64,000 nucleotides of DNA from a virus (Duplodnaviria > Caudoviricetes): the IMG/VR virus record IMGVR_UViG_2974692648_000001, positions 160,001 to 224,000 of that record; one strand, 5' to 3'. Of this stretch, positions 38,901-49,700 are shown piece by piece. The first letter of the stretch is position 1. The number at the start of each line of letters is the position of its first letter. The notes beneath the pieces are model-generated. The model worked only from the letters and a program-made list of their open reading frames with translations. It was not told the origin of the DNA and ran no database searches. Both the position numbers and the translations under genes were made by a program.

Positions 38901-41900
38901 ATCATTGACTTGGTGGTGGACTCGGATGTGTACGAAGGTACCACCGCTACCATCACTGGTAGGTTGATCGGTTCATTGGGTACGAACGATAACGCTTGGA
39001 TGTGGTTAACAGTCTTTAACAAGACAACGCTGGAAAGTAAGATGTTCAATAACAACATCATGCTGGACGGCACGTTTGAGATCGAAGTGGGTCCTTACCC
39101 TATGGGTCTTAACCAATTGGTTATTGCAACCAACAGTTACACCACTCCTATTTCGTTAGAAGTTACAGAAGCGCCTATCGTGCTTAAAGAACTACGCACA
39201 CTTCCTTATTCAACCAGTAAGGTTAAGTCTGCTGGAAGCGCTACGCTTGCCTATGCTGCTATTAACTCTCTAGATAAGGCAATGGTGGGTGAAACTGTAG
39301 AACTACGCTTAGCGAGCGATACAGGCATCCTGTTGGACACTGTAGTGACCGACAAATACGGTATTGCGGAATTCACTGTTCCAGACAACGAAAGTACACC
39401 GAACACTGGTGACGTTACGTACGTTGCTGTGAGTGGTGAGTTCTCAGCTCAGTCGACCGCATCTTGGGGTGAAACTGGTGTTGTAATTGAATCCCTAGAT
39501 GGGTTCGAGGCAACTGGGTTGGTTAGTAGTGGGGCTAAGGGTGTAATCAAACTGAGTCCTTTGAGTAAGCTTGTTTACGACTCAGGTTCTTTTGCACAAG
39601 ACCCTAATGGTAAACTAACTCCTTGGGAGACCATGACGCATGTCCGTGGTGCCACAATTAACGTCTTTGATAAAGTTACGTTGACTGCGATCCCACACAG
39701 TCGTGTGAATGTTGACGTTGACGTAGGCGGTGAGAAGTTTGACATTTACACAGTCGACGCTCTTCCAGATGGTTTCTACGATCTAGTTGTTTACTCAGAC
39801 AACGCAATCGAAACAGCAACCATGACTTGGGACACTGAAACTGAACTAGCGAAGCCAGATCGTTTCGTATTAACAAACAGCATTACTACAGCGTTTGTAC
39901 AAAACGACACAAACCAATGGTTGGATGGTGATGTTCAGTCTACGTCGGGTCCTGCTTTTGAACTGACGGGTTACGTAGAACCAGTAATGGTTGGTTCACA
40001 AGAACACCCAGTTTGGATCACACCTAAAGGACGATTCGTGACTAAACTGAGCGAACCTCGTTCTGAAGGTGTTCATTCGTACGACTTTAAGGTTGACGGG
40101 ACAGTGGTGGATACGAAGACTATCACGTTCTACGATAGCCTTAACGTAGAGCTACTTCCTTACACCACCCCTAACCCAGTTAAGGGCAAAGTTGCGACTA
40201 TCGCAGCTGTAGTTAAAGACGGTAGTGGTGAGGTGGTTCCGGGTGCTTGTGTGACACTTACCCCGGGTGCACGTATTACTTACGAACACTCAGTTAACCT
40301 CAATAGTGACTTTAATGGTTCTGTTGAAATGACGTGGGAGTACGACGAAGCTTATCCAGAGTTTACGTTAATCACTGGTTGTAACGGTAAGCGTAATGGG
40401 GAACGACAACTATTACGTTGGGTTGAATCTCCTGAACTCACTGGGGATAGTTTTGAAACACTGGTTGTGCCTGAGAAAGTGGTTGGGGATGACAAAGCAA
40501 CGATTACTGGTAAGATCTTAGATCAAGAAGGTAATCCTTACGCTAATGGTGAATTGTTGGTTTACAACAAAATCACTATGACGTCAACAGACCTTACTAC
40601 AGCCATCCAGCCAGATGGGACGTTCTCTACGGAATTGGGACCTTACCCATTCAACGCTTATGAGTTAATCTTCGCGACTCGTGGTAACGTAGATCGTCGT
40701 ACGGCAGTATGGGGTGGTAGTGGTATCTTAGCAAGTATCGAAATTGATCCTGATAGCGGCACACGTGGTCTATTAGGTGATACGGTTGAGATCTTTGGTA
40801 GTTCCACGGATACCATCGGGACACCCTTCACACCAGATGAAGGCATTTACACTCTGGATGTTGTGAATGACAAAAACGATGATGTTCTTCCAACGGTAAT
40901 CGATGCACAAGGTAACTGGTCCTTTAATGCGACTCATGACGTAAGTGAAACGGTCACGTATACCTTTAAAGATGGCGAAACAGTCCTAGCGACTCATGCT
41001 GTTGAGTTCTTTGAAGGCGCAGGCACTTTACGTAACTTCGACGCCCCTAGCACGGTTAAGGTGGGTCTGAATGAAGACTTCACATTAACGGGTAAAGTGT
41101 ACAACACCATGAACAAACTTTACCGACCAATCGTTGAAGAATTGTTCACACTGGTGCTGGATGAGACTACTGAGTTCCAAGGCACGATTCATACTGACGG
41201 TACATTCAGCGTGAAGCCGACGAACGATAAAGTGGAAACTCAAAGCTTCACCTTTAAGGTCGGAGAAGACACTTACGACACGGTAGACATCAAGTGGTGT
41301 CAGACTGTAAGCTTAGCGTTTAACGCAGACTCTCAACCTAAAGCTGTTGTCGGTGATGATGCTTATGTGTCAATCCGAGTGGTGGATGAGAACGGTGAAA
41401 GCGTTACCGGACGCACAGTGGAGTTCTATGAAGGTGAAGTCACAGGTGAACCTCTAGATACTGAGGACGTCTACAGTGAGACCTACATTGGTTACTGGCC
41501 TAAAGAAGCCACTGAAGTGGGTGACGTAGTAATCACTGCTAAGTTGGGTGGTATCCAAGATACCTTGACGCTGTCTTGGGTAGGTAACGATCCTAAGATC
41601 GCGGCTGGATTTGGTCGTAAGACCTCAAGAACTGGTTACGTGGTTGACACTAAACCGGCTTCTGGTACGACAGCAACACTACGAGGTACAGTTGTAGACC
41701 AAGACGGTACGCCGTTAGCAGGCCCGCAATTCCTTAAAGTGTTTGATCAAGGGTCGTTTGACTTAACGGATTACTCTGCACAAGTTCAGGCTGATGGTAC
41801 GTTCGATATCGAACTCCCAGTCAAACCAGATGGTACTTACAACTACAGTCTTGTTACTGAAGGCAATGTGGGTTCTATCAGAGGTATTTCTTGGGACGCG

Positions 41901-44900
41901 GAAAACGAAGACCTGAAAGCGGTTAAGTTGGATGCGAGTGTTCCTACTCAGGTTAACGTTGCTAGTACACATACTCTCCAAGGTACTATCTTGGATAGCG
42001 CCGGTGACACCATTGCTCCAGCTAAGAGTATTACGGTTTACGTAAACAGTAGTGAAGGTAACACCTACGAGTTCACAGTTACACCGGACGGTACATGGTC
42101 GTTTGCTTACACCTTTAGCAATGAAGGGGATGTGTTGTTCGACTTCCACACTTACCAAGGTAAGTACTTGGGGTCTGTCACCATCACGGTTGAAGAAGCA
42201 GCGCCGGTATTCACTTCTATTGAGTGGGTTGGTGAACAACCTACAGAAGGGATGGTCGGTGAGTCTGTGAAACTGACTGCGGTTACTTTAGATCAATACG
42301 GAAATCCGATCGATGGCGTTTCGGTACGACCATTCATTAATGGTGAGCCACAAAACGCTTTCCGTTCTCCTCCGGGTGGTTCTTGGAGTCTGGATTACAC
42401 TTCAACTGAAGCAGGCCCAGTACTTTACGAATTTGGTTGGGAACCAGACGTTGCTCGTATTGGGCATACTGTTGAGTGGAAGCTTCCAGTGGATTCAATC
42501 GAGGTCATGCGTTATTCTGACTCTAACGCAGTACCGGGACAAACCGCGTTTGTACCTTTCGCTGCACTAGATAGTTCAGGTAAGGGCATTGCGGGTGTTC
42601 CTATTGCTCTTCACTTGGATTCAGCATCAGGAACGTTATTGACCACGGTAACTACCAACGAGTTTGGTATTGCTGAGTTCAGCGTTCCTCAGAAAGGAAG
42701 TAACGCTAACCGTTTGATCTACGCTAAATACGGCGATATTGTAAAAGAGCGTCGTCAATGGTGGGCTAACGATCCACTTACACCTCCAACTGGATTCGCT
42801 AACTTAACGGTTACTAACCCAGTACCTGAAGGTGAGCGCGCACTAGTTAGTGTTCAAGCAGTAGCAAGTGACGGTAGTCCTCGTCCGTTGTCCACGGTAG
42901 GCATCTTTGATCCGGAAATATTGGATCAGGTATTATTTAACCGTGTAACCACTGGTGAGTCTAAATCTCACTTACTGGACTTTGCGCATAGCGGAACAGG
43001 AACTAAGACTTACATCTTAACTACTGACGCTGGTCGTCAAGAGTTCTCGGTGACATGGGAAAGTAAACCGGCAGTCACGCCAAACGACTTAGTGTTCGAC
43101 GCGGATTCTCCGGAATCATTAGTAGTGGGTGAATGGAACACGTTAAGCGGTAAATTAGCGGTAGACGGGGTTCCAGTAACTGAACTGGATCACTACGTTA
43201 AGGCGACAATGACTGTGGGTGGTAAGGAGAGCTACCTAGACTTGGATGTTAGCAAAGGGACGTTCCGTGTACTGGTTAAACCAACAGCGGCAGGAACAGA
43301 AAACTACGACTTCAAACTTAATGGTACGAGCGTTGTGGTAAAGTCCTTCCGTCACAGTGACAACGTGACGTTAAACGACGTGAGTGTGTTATCGGTCACC
43401 ACACCTCAGATAGGTGACCCTGTGGTACTGAGTACTGTAGTGAAAGATAGCGAAGGGAACCCTATCCCTAAACTTCCGGTGACGTTTAAACTAGCCGGCG
43501 GGAACACACTCGCAACATTAAACACGGACGTCAAAGGAATGGTAACACATTCAGTGCCTTACCAATCCGGGACAATGTCTTCTGACTTTGAAATTAAAGT
43601 GGGAAGCGTCGTAGAAACAGTAACGGCAACTTGGAAGCCAACTAATGAACTTATCGACGTGGCGTTTGAAGGGCTAACTACCCCGGCAACGGTTTACGAT
43701 GGTGAATTAGCGAAAGTAACAGGTAAGTTAATCAACCAACAAAACAATGGGACATCAACAACTAAGTTTGAGATTTACCATCGTGGGTTATTAACGCACA
43801 CCAGTCATGCCACCGATGTACAGCCGGATGGTACGTTCGACTTTAATATTGGTCCGTTTGCAGTAGGGGTGAATGAGTTCTACTTCATCATCAACGGTAA
43901 ACGCATTGAACGTAGCATCGAGTACATTGAACGCACTGACCCAGAACTGAATCGTGTTGAGTTAGATGAGGGTAATCCTACGTCAGGGTTCTCTGGCGAA
44001 AACTTAACCATCAGTGGTAAAGGTTACGATCAATACGGTGATCCAATTGCAAACGCTCAGGTTCAATGGGCGATCTCTGGTGATGCACAACCTGCATTAA
44101 CCACAGGTCCAGATGGTTCATTCAGCACAACAGTTACGCACAACACCAACGCTAGCATCACCTACCGATTCGGTGGCAATGATGGTATACCGGTGGCTAA
44201 CTTGAGCATTGCGTGGACCGTAGCGACATCAAACACGATGGCGTTTGTTGGTACATCGCAATGTAAGCAAACTCAAAACAACGAGGCTAACATTGAGTTG
44301 TACGTGAAAGACCAAGACGGTGTTGGAGTTCAAGATGCTCAGATCGTAATTAGAGATCAGGGTTCAGAAACTCCTATTGCGACACTGACAACTAACGTAC
44401 GTGGTTTAGCGTCTTACGCTATCCCTTATGAAGCAGGTAACGATAACCGTACTATCGAAGCGACTCTGGATCAACTGACCGAGACGTTAGACATTACGTG
44501 GTATCCTGCGGTGACTAAGTATGCGACCGGGTTTACTCGTCTCTACATGGATAACCGCCCTGCTTCAGGAAAATCAACGACAGTACGTGGTCAGTTAGTT
44601 GATCAAGATGGCAATCCAATCACAACGGCTTCAACGTTGGGTATCTTTAACACGATTACCTTGGAGAACTATGATTACATCGATCGACTACAACCAGACG
44701 GTACGTTTGAGTTTGAGTATGGTCCTGAGGCTGACAGTAACTACCCTATCTCGCTCTTCACCGATGCTGGTCATTTCGATGAAACGATCATTTGGGATTT
44801 GAATAACGCTGACATGAAACGTGTGGTGTTTGACAACAACATTCCTAGAATGACGAAGAGTAACGGTAGAGTTAGTCTGCACGGTACGTTTGTGGACAGT

Positions 44901-46583
44901 GATGGTAACCCATTCACTCCGTTGTCTAATACCGCGTGTACAGCCACTGGGGATAATGGTGACGCCTTTACGGGTACCATTAAAACGGATGGTACGTTCG
45001 AAGTTGAAGTATGGTTCCCTGAGTACCGTACTCACAAAGTCGACATATCAGCACCAGATAAGACTTACCTAGGAACTTACTCTCTGGTAGTGACCGCAGA
45101 CAACATCATTGATGAAATGCCTTACTCAGCTAACGTTGCAACCACGGGTCAACCGGCAACAATGGCAGTGAAAGTCGTGAACCAAAGTGATGTTGCGGTA
45201 GAGGACACTGTAGTTACTGCTCACTTGGGTGACCCAAGTAATCCGGCAGTGGTGACAGCGAACACCGACGCCAGAGGTATTGCGACCATGAATGTTCCGG
45301 CTCCAGCGGAAACAGGTAAAACGACGGTCTACTTTAAGAACGGTACTTCGGTACTTGACGCAGAGGTGGATTGGAAACCTGTGGAAGAATTGGTCGGTAA
45401 GACATTCGAAGATGTTGTGACGTCATCTCCAGCTGAATACGGCCAACCAGCTACAATCAGTGGTAAGCTGTTAGATCAGAACGGGGACGTGTTACCGGGT
45501 CGTAACCTTGGTGTGTATCACTTGAACGGAGGTACGTTGTTGAATACCACTGTAGTGAAGAACGATGGAACAGGGTTTACTCTGGAAGTTGGTCCTTTAA
45601 CTACAGGAACACATCAGTTAGTGTTGTTCACGGGTAATGCTGAACGTTATGAAGAGATTACATGGAACGTGGAAATTCCTCCTATTGGAAAACTAGAAAC
45701 GGTCTCGTTCTCTTCAACGAAGGCCCCAAGTGGTCAACCTGCCAAAGTTCACTTCTACGTCCTTGCACCTAACTACGGTCGCGTCAAAGACGTTCCGGTA
45801 ACTGCACGTTGGGGTAATGCTCAGGGTGAAGTTATTGCAACAGAAATGACGAACTCTGAAGGCTTGGTAAGTTACACCTTACCGGGAACGAATGAGTCTG
45901 GTGATCGACTAGGCACACATACGGTTTACGTTGAAGTTGGTGGTAAGTCCATCACGGATACCGTGGAGTGGGTGGACGATGAATTGATCGGTGAATCCAT
46001 CATTGAAATCGACAACATGCAGAACATCGAATACGGGGAGAAATTCCTAGTTCGCATGACGGTCAGAGATCAAAACAACGAACCTATCCGTAATCCGGGA
46101 TACAGTCTGTTCCAACCTAAATCTCGTCAAGAGGTTATCAATCTGGTTCGAATCGACTACCCGGGTGATGATGTGGTGTTCCAAGCAACCGCACAATCAA
46201 GTTCAGTAACGGAGTTGTATGTGGGTACTGATAATGACTATCGTGTTATCCCTGTTAACTGGGATTACGCTAACGACATCATTAAACCAGTGACCGCAGC
46301 GATCGATGTTGATGTTCCTGAGTATCATCCTGTGGGTGTTGACTCAATAGTGAAAGGTAAAGTGCTCGACACCAATGGTTTAGAGTTCCGACCAACCACT
46401 ATACTGAAGCTGAAAGCACGTCGTGTTAGCGATAATTCAGAAACTGAGTTGACGGTCATGCCAGATGGCGAATGGGCGTTTGTTGTGAACGAACCTACTG
46501 AGTCTGAAGTAGTGTACAAGTTAATGTACGGCAACGTAGAATTAATGGAATACACGGCTAAGTTCGGTACTCCTGCAAGCTAA
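36000..46583 (+). CDS. Giant Ig-like (Big_1/invasin-type) repeat protein, 3527 aa; putative virion fibre/adhesin
   Basis: Recurring D..G.Pv.G.....TDEFGIAEF and vtG.v.DQ.G....DGTF...GP motifs, about 100 aa per domain; no signal peptide. Confidence 0.8.
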   Translation: MAGIIRGNLLDAEGNEVNPGKPVTLKAVRSDGLPDVTITTNDSGHWSLEVNAEVDSQVDFTFIYNGVDVGAHAVRFIETAEVVTLPYSNFRVKVGNTGVIAFAVKDDQGNGVPYADVTIHRDDENSEPVTTLRTDQFGIVTYTVPPHNVYERVGFWAKSGGTTAFWGVQYEDGEEEFAISMANFHYTEQLGLGNELLVMGGGNDPWGSLIYNPPKVLFNKDTLTEVTYTEISDDLTNNVFLTVAGLSEGNHNFVFAMESEYREFVVECGDFQEETINTVKRHYPTATKFFVNMWSTLEATVQVDGVDYKPHGVVYMTVERNEDSIQSLVWPNGKFGYPVSGKNGDVYQYTIKNGDAEVLAEHPAYVVDGSVKLCEYSVDTLPTLGKGTVAFAIVDDEEKPVTGGFTLVNPGTNASEQVEVTDEFGIVEVEVSRASGENETFVLCSIGGFASVNHKVTFTGAPVASEFRNLDIPTQGDTETPITVTGQVYDQGGSAFKPPRLGVFDKQSLTHQAFDASLIGSDGTFSFEYGPLSQGQHDLVLGSSGIISEKRTHWSIGFPDGLRTERMNYSTYPNAYVGDDAIVAVRASIVEDGLLVPVVGVPATAYINGPGVTDVELETKLTDANGIAEFNIPASVNETTLNGNYAITMVVGPNVVRTDITWLEGSDVISGFSDLDYNPTINTGGELVYTYRPLNQDGQPMADRGVYVTPIDHFQIGAYNATIYENADGSYTAEFPTMEDGTYDVVFHSGNAQERMSLTWGAYPVINPTSVLLDFLSPTSGVVGSDAIVSGKIVDENGSVIRPTAGMRLTVRDETGSEIHVRVKPDGSWSFAANSTIAKTKSYNILHSGTNLYVHQIDFHETPTVTFTDYTGDKVAKTHEAMLATVVKDVDGNGIPGMLVEYKNDDTHYGSVITDEFGIAEFTIPFNLETIVSPTVEQDYVVAHISDTISDDVTVRWAGDDENSAIEIIDLVVDSDVYEGTTATITGRLIGSLGTNDNAWMWLTVFNKTTLESKMFNNNIMLDGTFEIEVGPYPMGLNQLVIATNSYTTPISLEVTEAPIVLKELRTLPYSTSKVKSAGSATLAYAAINSLDKAMVGETVELRLASDTGILLDTVVTDKYGIAEFTVPDNESTPNTGDVTYVAVSGEFSAQSTASWGETGVVIESLDGFEATGLVSSGAKGVIKLSPLSKLVYDSGSFAQDPNGKLTPWETMTHVRGATINVFDKVTLTAIPHSRVNVDVDVGGEKFDIYTVDALPDGFYDLVVYSDNAIETATMTWDTETELAKPDRFVLTNSITTAFVQNDTNQWLDGDVQSTSGPAFELTGYVEPVMVGSQEHPVWITPKGRFVTKLSEPRSEGVHSYDFKVDGTVVDTKTITFYDSLNVELLPYTTPNPVKGKVATIAAVVKDGSGEVVPGACVTLTPGARITYEHSVNLNSDFNGSVEMTWEYDEAYPEFTLITGCNGKRNGERQLLRWVESPELTGDSFETLVVPEKVVGDDKATITGKILDQEGNPYANGELLVYNKITMTSTDLTTAIQPDGTFSTELGPYPFNAYELIFATRGNVDRRTAVWGGSGILASIEIDPDSGTRGLLGDTVEIFGSSTDTIGTPFTPDEGIYTLDVVNDKNDDVLPTVIDAQGNWSFNATHDVSETVTYTFKDGETVLATHAVEFFEGAGTLRNFDAPSTVKVGLNEDFTLTGKVYNTMNKLYRPIVEELFTLVLDETTEFQGTIHTDGTFSVKPTNDKVETQSFTFKVGEDTYDTVDIKWCQTVSLAFNADSQPKAVVGDDAYVSIRVVDENGESVTGRTVEFYEGEVTGEPLDTEDVYSETYIGYWPKEATEVGDVVITAKLGGIQDTLTLSWVGNDPKIAAGFGRKTSRTGYVVDTKPASGTTATLRGTVVDQDGTPLAGPQFLKVFDQGSFDLTDYSAQVQADGTFDIELPVKPDGTYNYSLVTEGNVGSIRGISWDAENEDLKAVKLDASVPTQVNVASTHTLQGTILDSAGDTIAPAKSITVYVNSSEGNTYEFTVTPDGTWSFAYTFSNEGDVLFDFHTYQGKYLGSVTITVEEAAPVFTSIEWVGEQPTEGMVGESVKLTAVTLDQYGNPIDGVSVRPFINGEPQNAFRSPPGGSWSLDYTSTEAGPVLYEFGWEPDVARIGHTVEWKLPVDSIEVMRYSDSNAVPGQTAFVPFAALDSSGKGIAGVPIALHLDSASGTLLTTVTTNEFGIAEFSVPQKGSNANRLIYAKYGDIVKERRQWWANDPLTPPTGFANLTVTNPVPEGERALVSVQAVASDGSPRPLSTVGIFDPEILDQVLFNRVTTGESKSHLLDFAHSGTGTKTYILTTDAGRQEFSVTWESKPAVTPNDLVFDADSPESLVVGEWNTLSGKLAVDGVPVTELDHYVKATMTVGGKESYLDLDVSKGTFRVLVKPTAAGTENYDFKLNGTSVVVKSFRHSDNVTLNDVSVLSVTTPQIGDPVVLSTVVKDSEGNPIPKLPVTFKLAGGNTLATLNTDVKGMVTHSVPYQSGTMSSDFEIKVGSVVETVTATWKPTNELIDVAFEGLTTPATVYDGELAKVTGKLINQQNNGTSTTKFEIYHRGLLTHTSHATDVQPDGTFDFNIGPFAVGVNEFYFIINGKRIERSIEYIERTDPELNRVELDEGNPTSGFSGENLTISGKGYDQYGDPIANAQVQWAISGDAQPALTTGPDGSFSTTVTHNTNASITYRFGGNDGIPVANLSIAWTVATSNTMAFVGTSQCKQTQNNEANIELYVKDQDGVGVQDAQIVIRDQGSETPIATLTTNVRGLASYAIPYEAGNDNRTIEATLDQLTETLDITWYPAVTKYATGFTRLYMDNRPASGKSTTVRGQLVDQDGNPITTASTLGIFNTITLENYDYIDRLQPDGTFEFEYGPEADSNYPISLFTDAGHFDETIIWDLNNADMKRVVFDNNIPRMTKSNGRVSLHGTFVDSDGNPFTPLSNTACTATGDNGDAFTGTIKTDGTFEVEVWFPEYRTHKVDISAPDKTYLGTYSLVVTADNIIDEMPYSANVATTGQPATMAVKVVNQSDVAVEDTVVTAHLGDPSNPAVVTANTDARGIATMNVPAPAETGKTTVYFKNGTSVLDAEVDWKPVEELVGKTFEDVVTSSPAEYGQPATISGKLLDQNGDVLPGRNLGVYHLNGGTLLNTTVVKNDGTGFTLEVGPLTTGTHQLVLFTGNAERYEEITWNVEIPPIGKLETVSFSSTKAPSGQPAKVHFYVLAPNYGRVKDVPVTARWGNAQGEVIATEMTNSEGLVSYTLPGTNESGDRLGTHTVYVEVGGKSITDTVEWVDDELIGESIIEIDNMQNIEYGEKFLVRMTVRDQNNEPIRNPGYSLFQPKSRQEVINLVRIDYPGDDVVFQATAQSSSVTELYVGTDNDYRVIPVNWDYANDIIKPVTAAIDVDVPEYHPVGVDSIVKGKVLDTNGLEFRPTTILKLKARRVSDNSETELTVMPDGEWAFVVNEPTESEVVYKLMYGNVELMEYTAKFGTPAS

Positions 46584-46592
46584 TGTAAAGTA

Positions 46593-46634
46593 ATAACTCA
46601 GGTGGGTTAGACCCACCTGAGTTATCTTTATTTT
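46593..46634 (+). terminator. Intrinsic terminator between the two giant genes
   Basis: ATAACTCAGGTGGGT-TAG-ACCCACCTGAGTTAT followed by CTTTATTTT. Confidence 0.85.
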
Positions 46635-46730
46635 CCACTTATTTAAACCCCACTGAGAATTTATTGAACGAAACGCGTAACTGGGTTCTCCCTTGGCCCG
46701 GTGTGTATAACAAGCAAAAGGAAGATACTA

Positions 46731-49700
46731 ATGACGGGTGTTATTAGAGGAAACTTGTTGAAAGGTGACACGACGGTAAAACCTGATGGACCCGTCAGTC
46801 TTACCTTGAAACGAGACGATGGACTTCCAGATACGGAAGTCGTAACTGATGCTGATGGTAACTGGCAAGTCGAGGTTGAGTCGGCAACGAAAAAGAAAGT
46901 CAAATTTAGTTTCTTTGACAAAAGCAAACCGCTTGGTGAACACGAAGTGGAGTTTGTCAAGGAATTGGAAATCATTCCTGCATCCGGTCGATTCACTAAA
47001 GAAAACCTGAATGGTTTCCACGGTCGATTAATTGATCAAGATCTGAATCCGATCTCTGATGCGGAGATCACTTACAAACGTAAGTACGACGACGCTGAAA
47101 ACTGGATCGAAAGCAGCGTCACAACAAACGAACACGGTTACTTCAACGTAATGTGGGGGATTAACGAACTGGAGCCTAAGAAGCTTTACATTCAAATCTC
47201 GTACGGGGATTTGAGTGATGAGTTTACTTACGACTTTTCTGATGGTTCTTTAACCACTTATTTTGTTGACCCTGTGGGACAAGAAGAGTTAGCCCCGGGT
47301 GAGACCTTGAAAGTAGTCGGACGTGCATTCCCGAATTACGGTTCAGGTGACGTTAACCTCACCGAGGATGCGTTCCTTGGTCACTTTGTGGACAACCCAC
47401 TTTATTTCGTGGATAACAGTGAATCATTAGAGAGTGGCGGTAAGTTCTCCATCGATGTGGATGGGACACACGCCACTTTAATGAGTAACAACGGTAACCT
47501 AGAAGTAAAACCACCTGTGGTTCAGGGGTTAAAGCCGCCCGCGATTATGCGATTTGGTGTACGCAGCGTGCTTATCAACAACCCGGATCTGCATTACAGT
47601 GGAAGTTTCCCACTTACTTGCTCGGTGTATACAGCGGATTACAAAAAGCCGAATGTGGATTCTAGTGAGTTGGAATTCTACGATTTCAATAACTCCCCGC
47701 ATTCTTACGGCAGTTACCTGACAGAAGGTAATGACCGTTGGTATGCTGGTGAAGACTTTGTTAGTATTCGGGAAGGTGGGTATAAACACACAGTACTTTG
47801 TCGTGGCCGACCACTAGCCGATAATTACGTCCGCTGTTTTACTGACGGTGATATGCTTAACTTGGTAGGCGGCACTAGAAACTGGGTCCATGTGGGCAAC
47901 GAAGTCGTAAACCGTCTTGCGTTGACTGACAACCAAGGAAATCCAAGATCGGGAGTAACGGTTTCTTTCTTCAAAGGAGATTCGGAAACAGCGTTCCGTC
48001 AAGCAACCACAGACGACCTAGGTTTAGTGGAAATCACGCTCCCTACGGAGAGTGAAGTAACTCGCACCTTTATGCGTGCAGAAGCAGATGGTGTTGAAGC
48101 AACATGGTACAATGACTGGGTCCCAGTCACACTAGAAGTTGTAGAGAGTGTTTCTACACCTTTCCTTCCGGTTTATTTTGACCGAGATTTCTTCATGTTT
48201 TTAACTACTCCTTTGGGTAAAGATGGTCAACCATTTAACCCTCAGGACAGTGGTGTATACGAAGGTCTCACGATTCAGTTATTAGACCGTTGGTACGTTC
48301 GTCCTTACCTCAGTAAGCGCGATGGGGCTTGTGAATACCTCCTTCCACTACAAGACGATACCAACCCAATTAAAGGCGGTCGGTTATCTATGACCTGTGA
48401 CCACTTCCACACAGAAAAAGATGTCGTGGTTGGTAAGCGTGTGGGATTAAACCCACTGCCTTACGCTCAGGGAACAAGTGTTGCTAATCAAGACCTAACC
48501 ACTGGGTGGTTGTTGTTGGACGACGCTCTGGAACCAGTAGAAGGTGGTGTGATTGATGTCTGGATCGATGATCGAAGTGGTGCAGTAGATCATAAACTAA
48601 CCACCGACAAATACGGGATTGTGGAAATCACAGTTCCTTTTAAAGAAGGTGAGTTGGTACGCAAAGCTTACGCTAAACACGGGACGGATCAATTTGAACT
48701 AGAATTGATGTGGACTGAGAAAAACGCAGCTTGTCAAATTACGATCACTCCTCCTCAAGGTGACATCGGTGTCGATGAACTCGTCACGTTTGACGTACGT
48801 TCGTTAGATCAACACGGTAACGAAGTTAATGAAGAATCCCCAGTTCTCTTTAACATGTATGGCTTCTCTAACCTCGGTGTTTACGACAAAGTCACACACA
48901 AAGTCGAATACCTTGGGTCAGACCGCACTACCGATGTAAACGTACAGACTAACGATAAAGTTGGTGAGCAAGAGTTGGTGTTCTTTACCGAAGCTGGATT
49001 TAAAACGGTTAAGTTCAATGCCATCCAACGTCCGGTTCGTAATACAGATCGCTTAGAGTACAGCTCGAGTACCGCATTCCCTGATTCTGAAGCCTTGGTC
49101 GGCTTCCGTGTTTCTGATGATAATGGGCAAGGTGTTCCGGGTGAAACTGTCGAGATTCGATACTTAGGTGAAGAAGTCGATAAGTTAGTAGGCAATACTT
49201 GGATTAAGGTTCACGAAGGTGGGTCTGACGAAGTCATCACAACTTTGACTACGGATGAGTTCGGTATTGTCGAATTCCCTACCACCATGCCAACGGATAC
49301 CGGAACTCATAGCTGGAGTGGTACAACGGTAAGTGCGGGTCCTAAAGACAGAAAGGGTAAAACAGACGTTTACGTCCATTGGCGTGACGGGATTATCACT
49401 GACCTGAAGAATGTGAAGTCGATCCCGGTTACCGAGTCGGGTGAGAAAACGGTGTTCTCCGCAGAGTTGTGGGAAAACGTCAGTGCTGACAACCAAGTCA
49501 TCACTGAAGACAACATGCACATTCACGTTTACATAAAAGAACTAGATCGTACTCTAGAGAACACGGGCACTTTCTATAAGGGTCATAAAGTTTGTTCAAT
49601 AGATGAGGTCTTACCGGACGGCACATACCACGCGGTACTCTATGTTCAGAACGCACAACACGAGGTTACTTTATCGTGGGGTTCTGTGGCAGGTGTTAAT

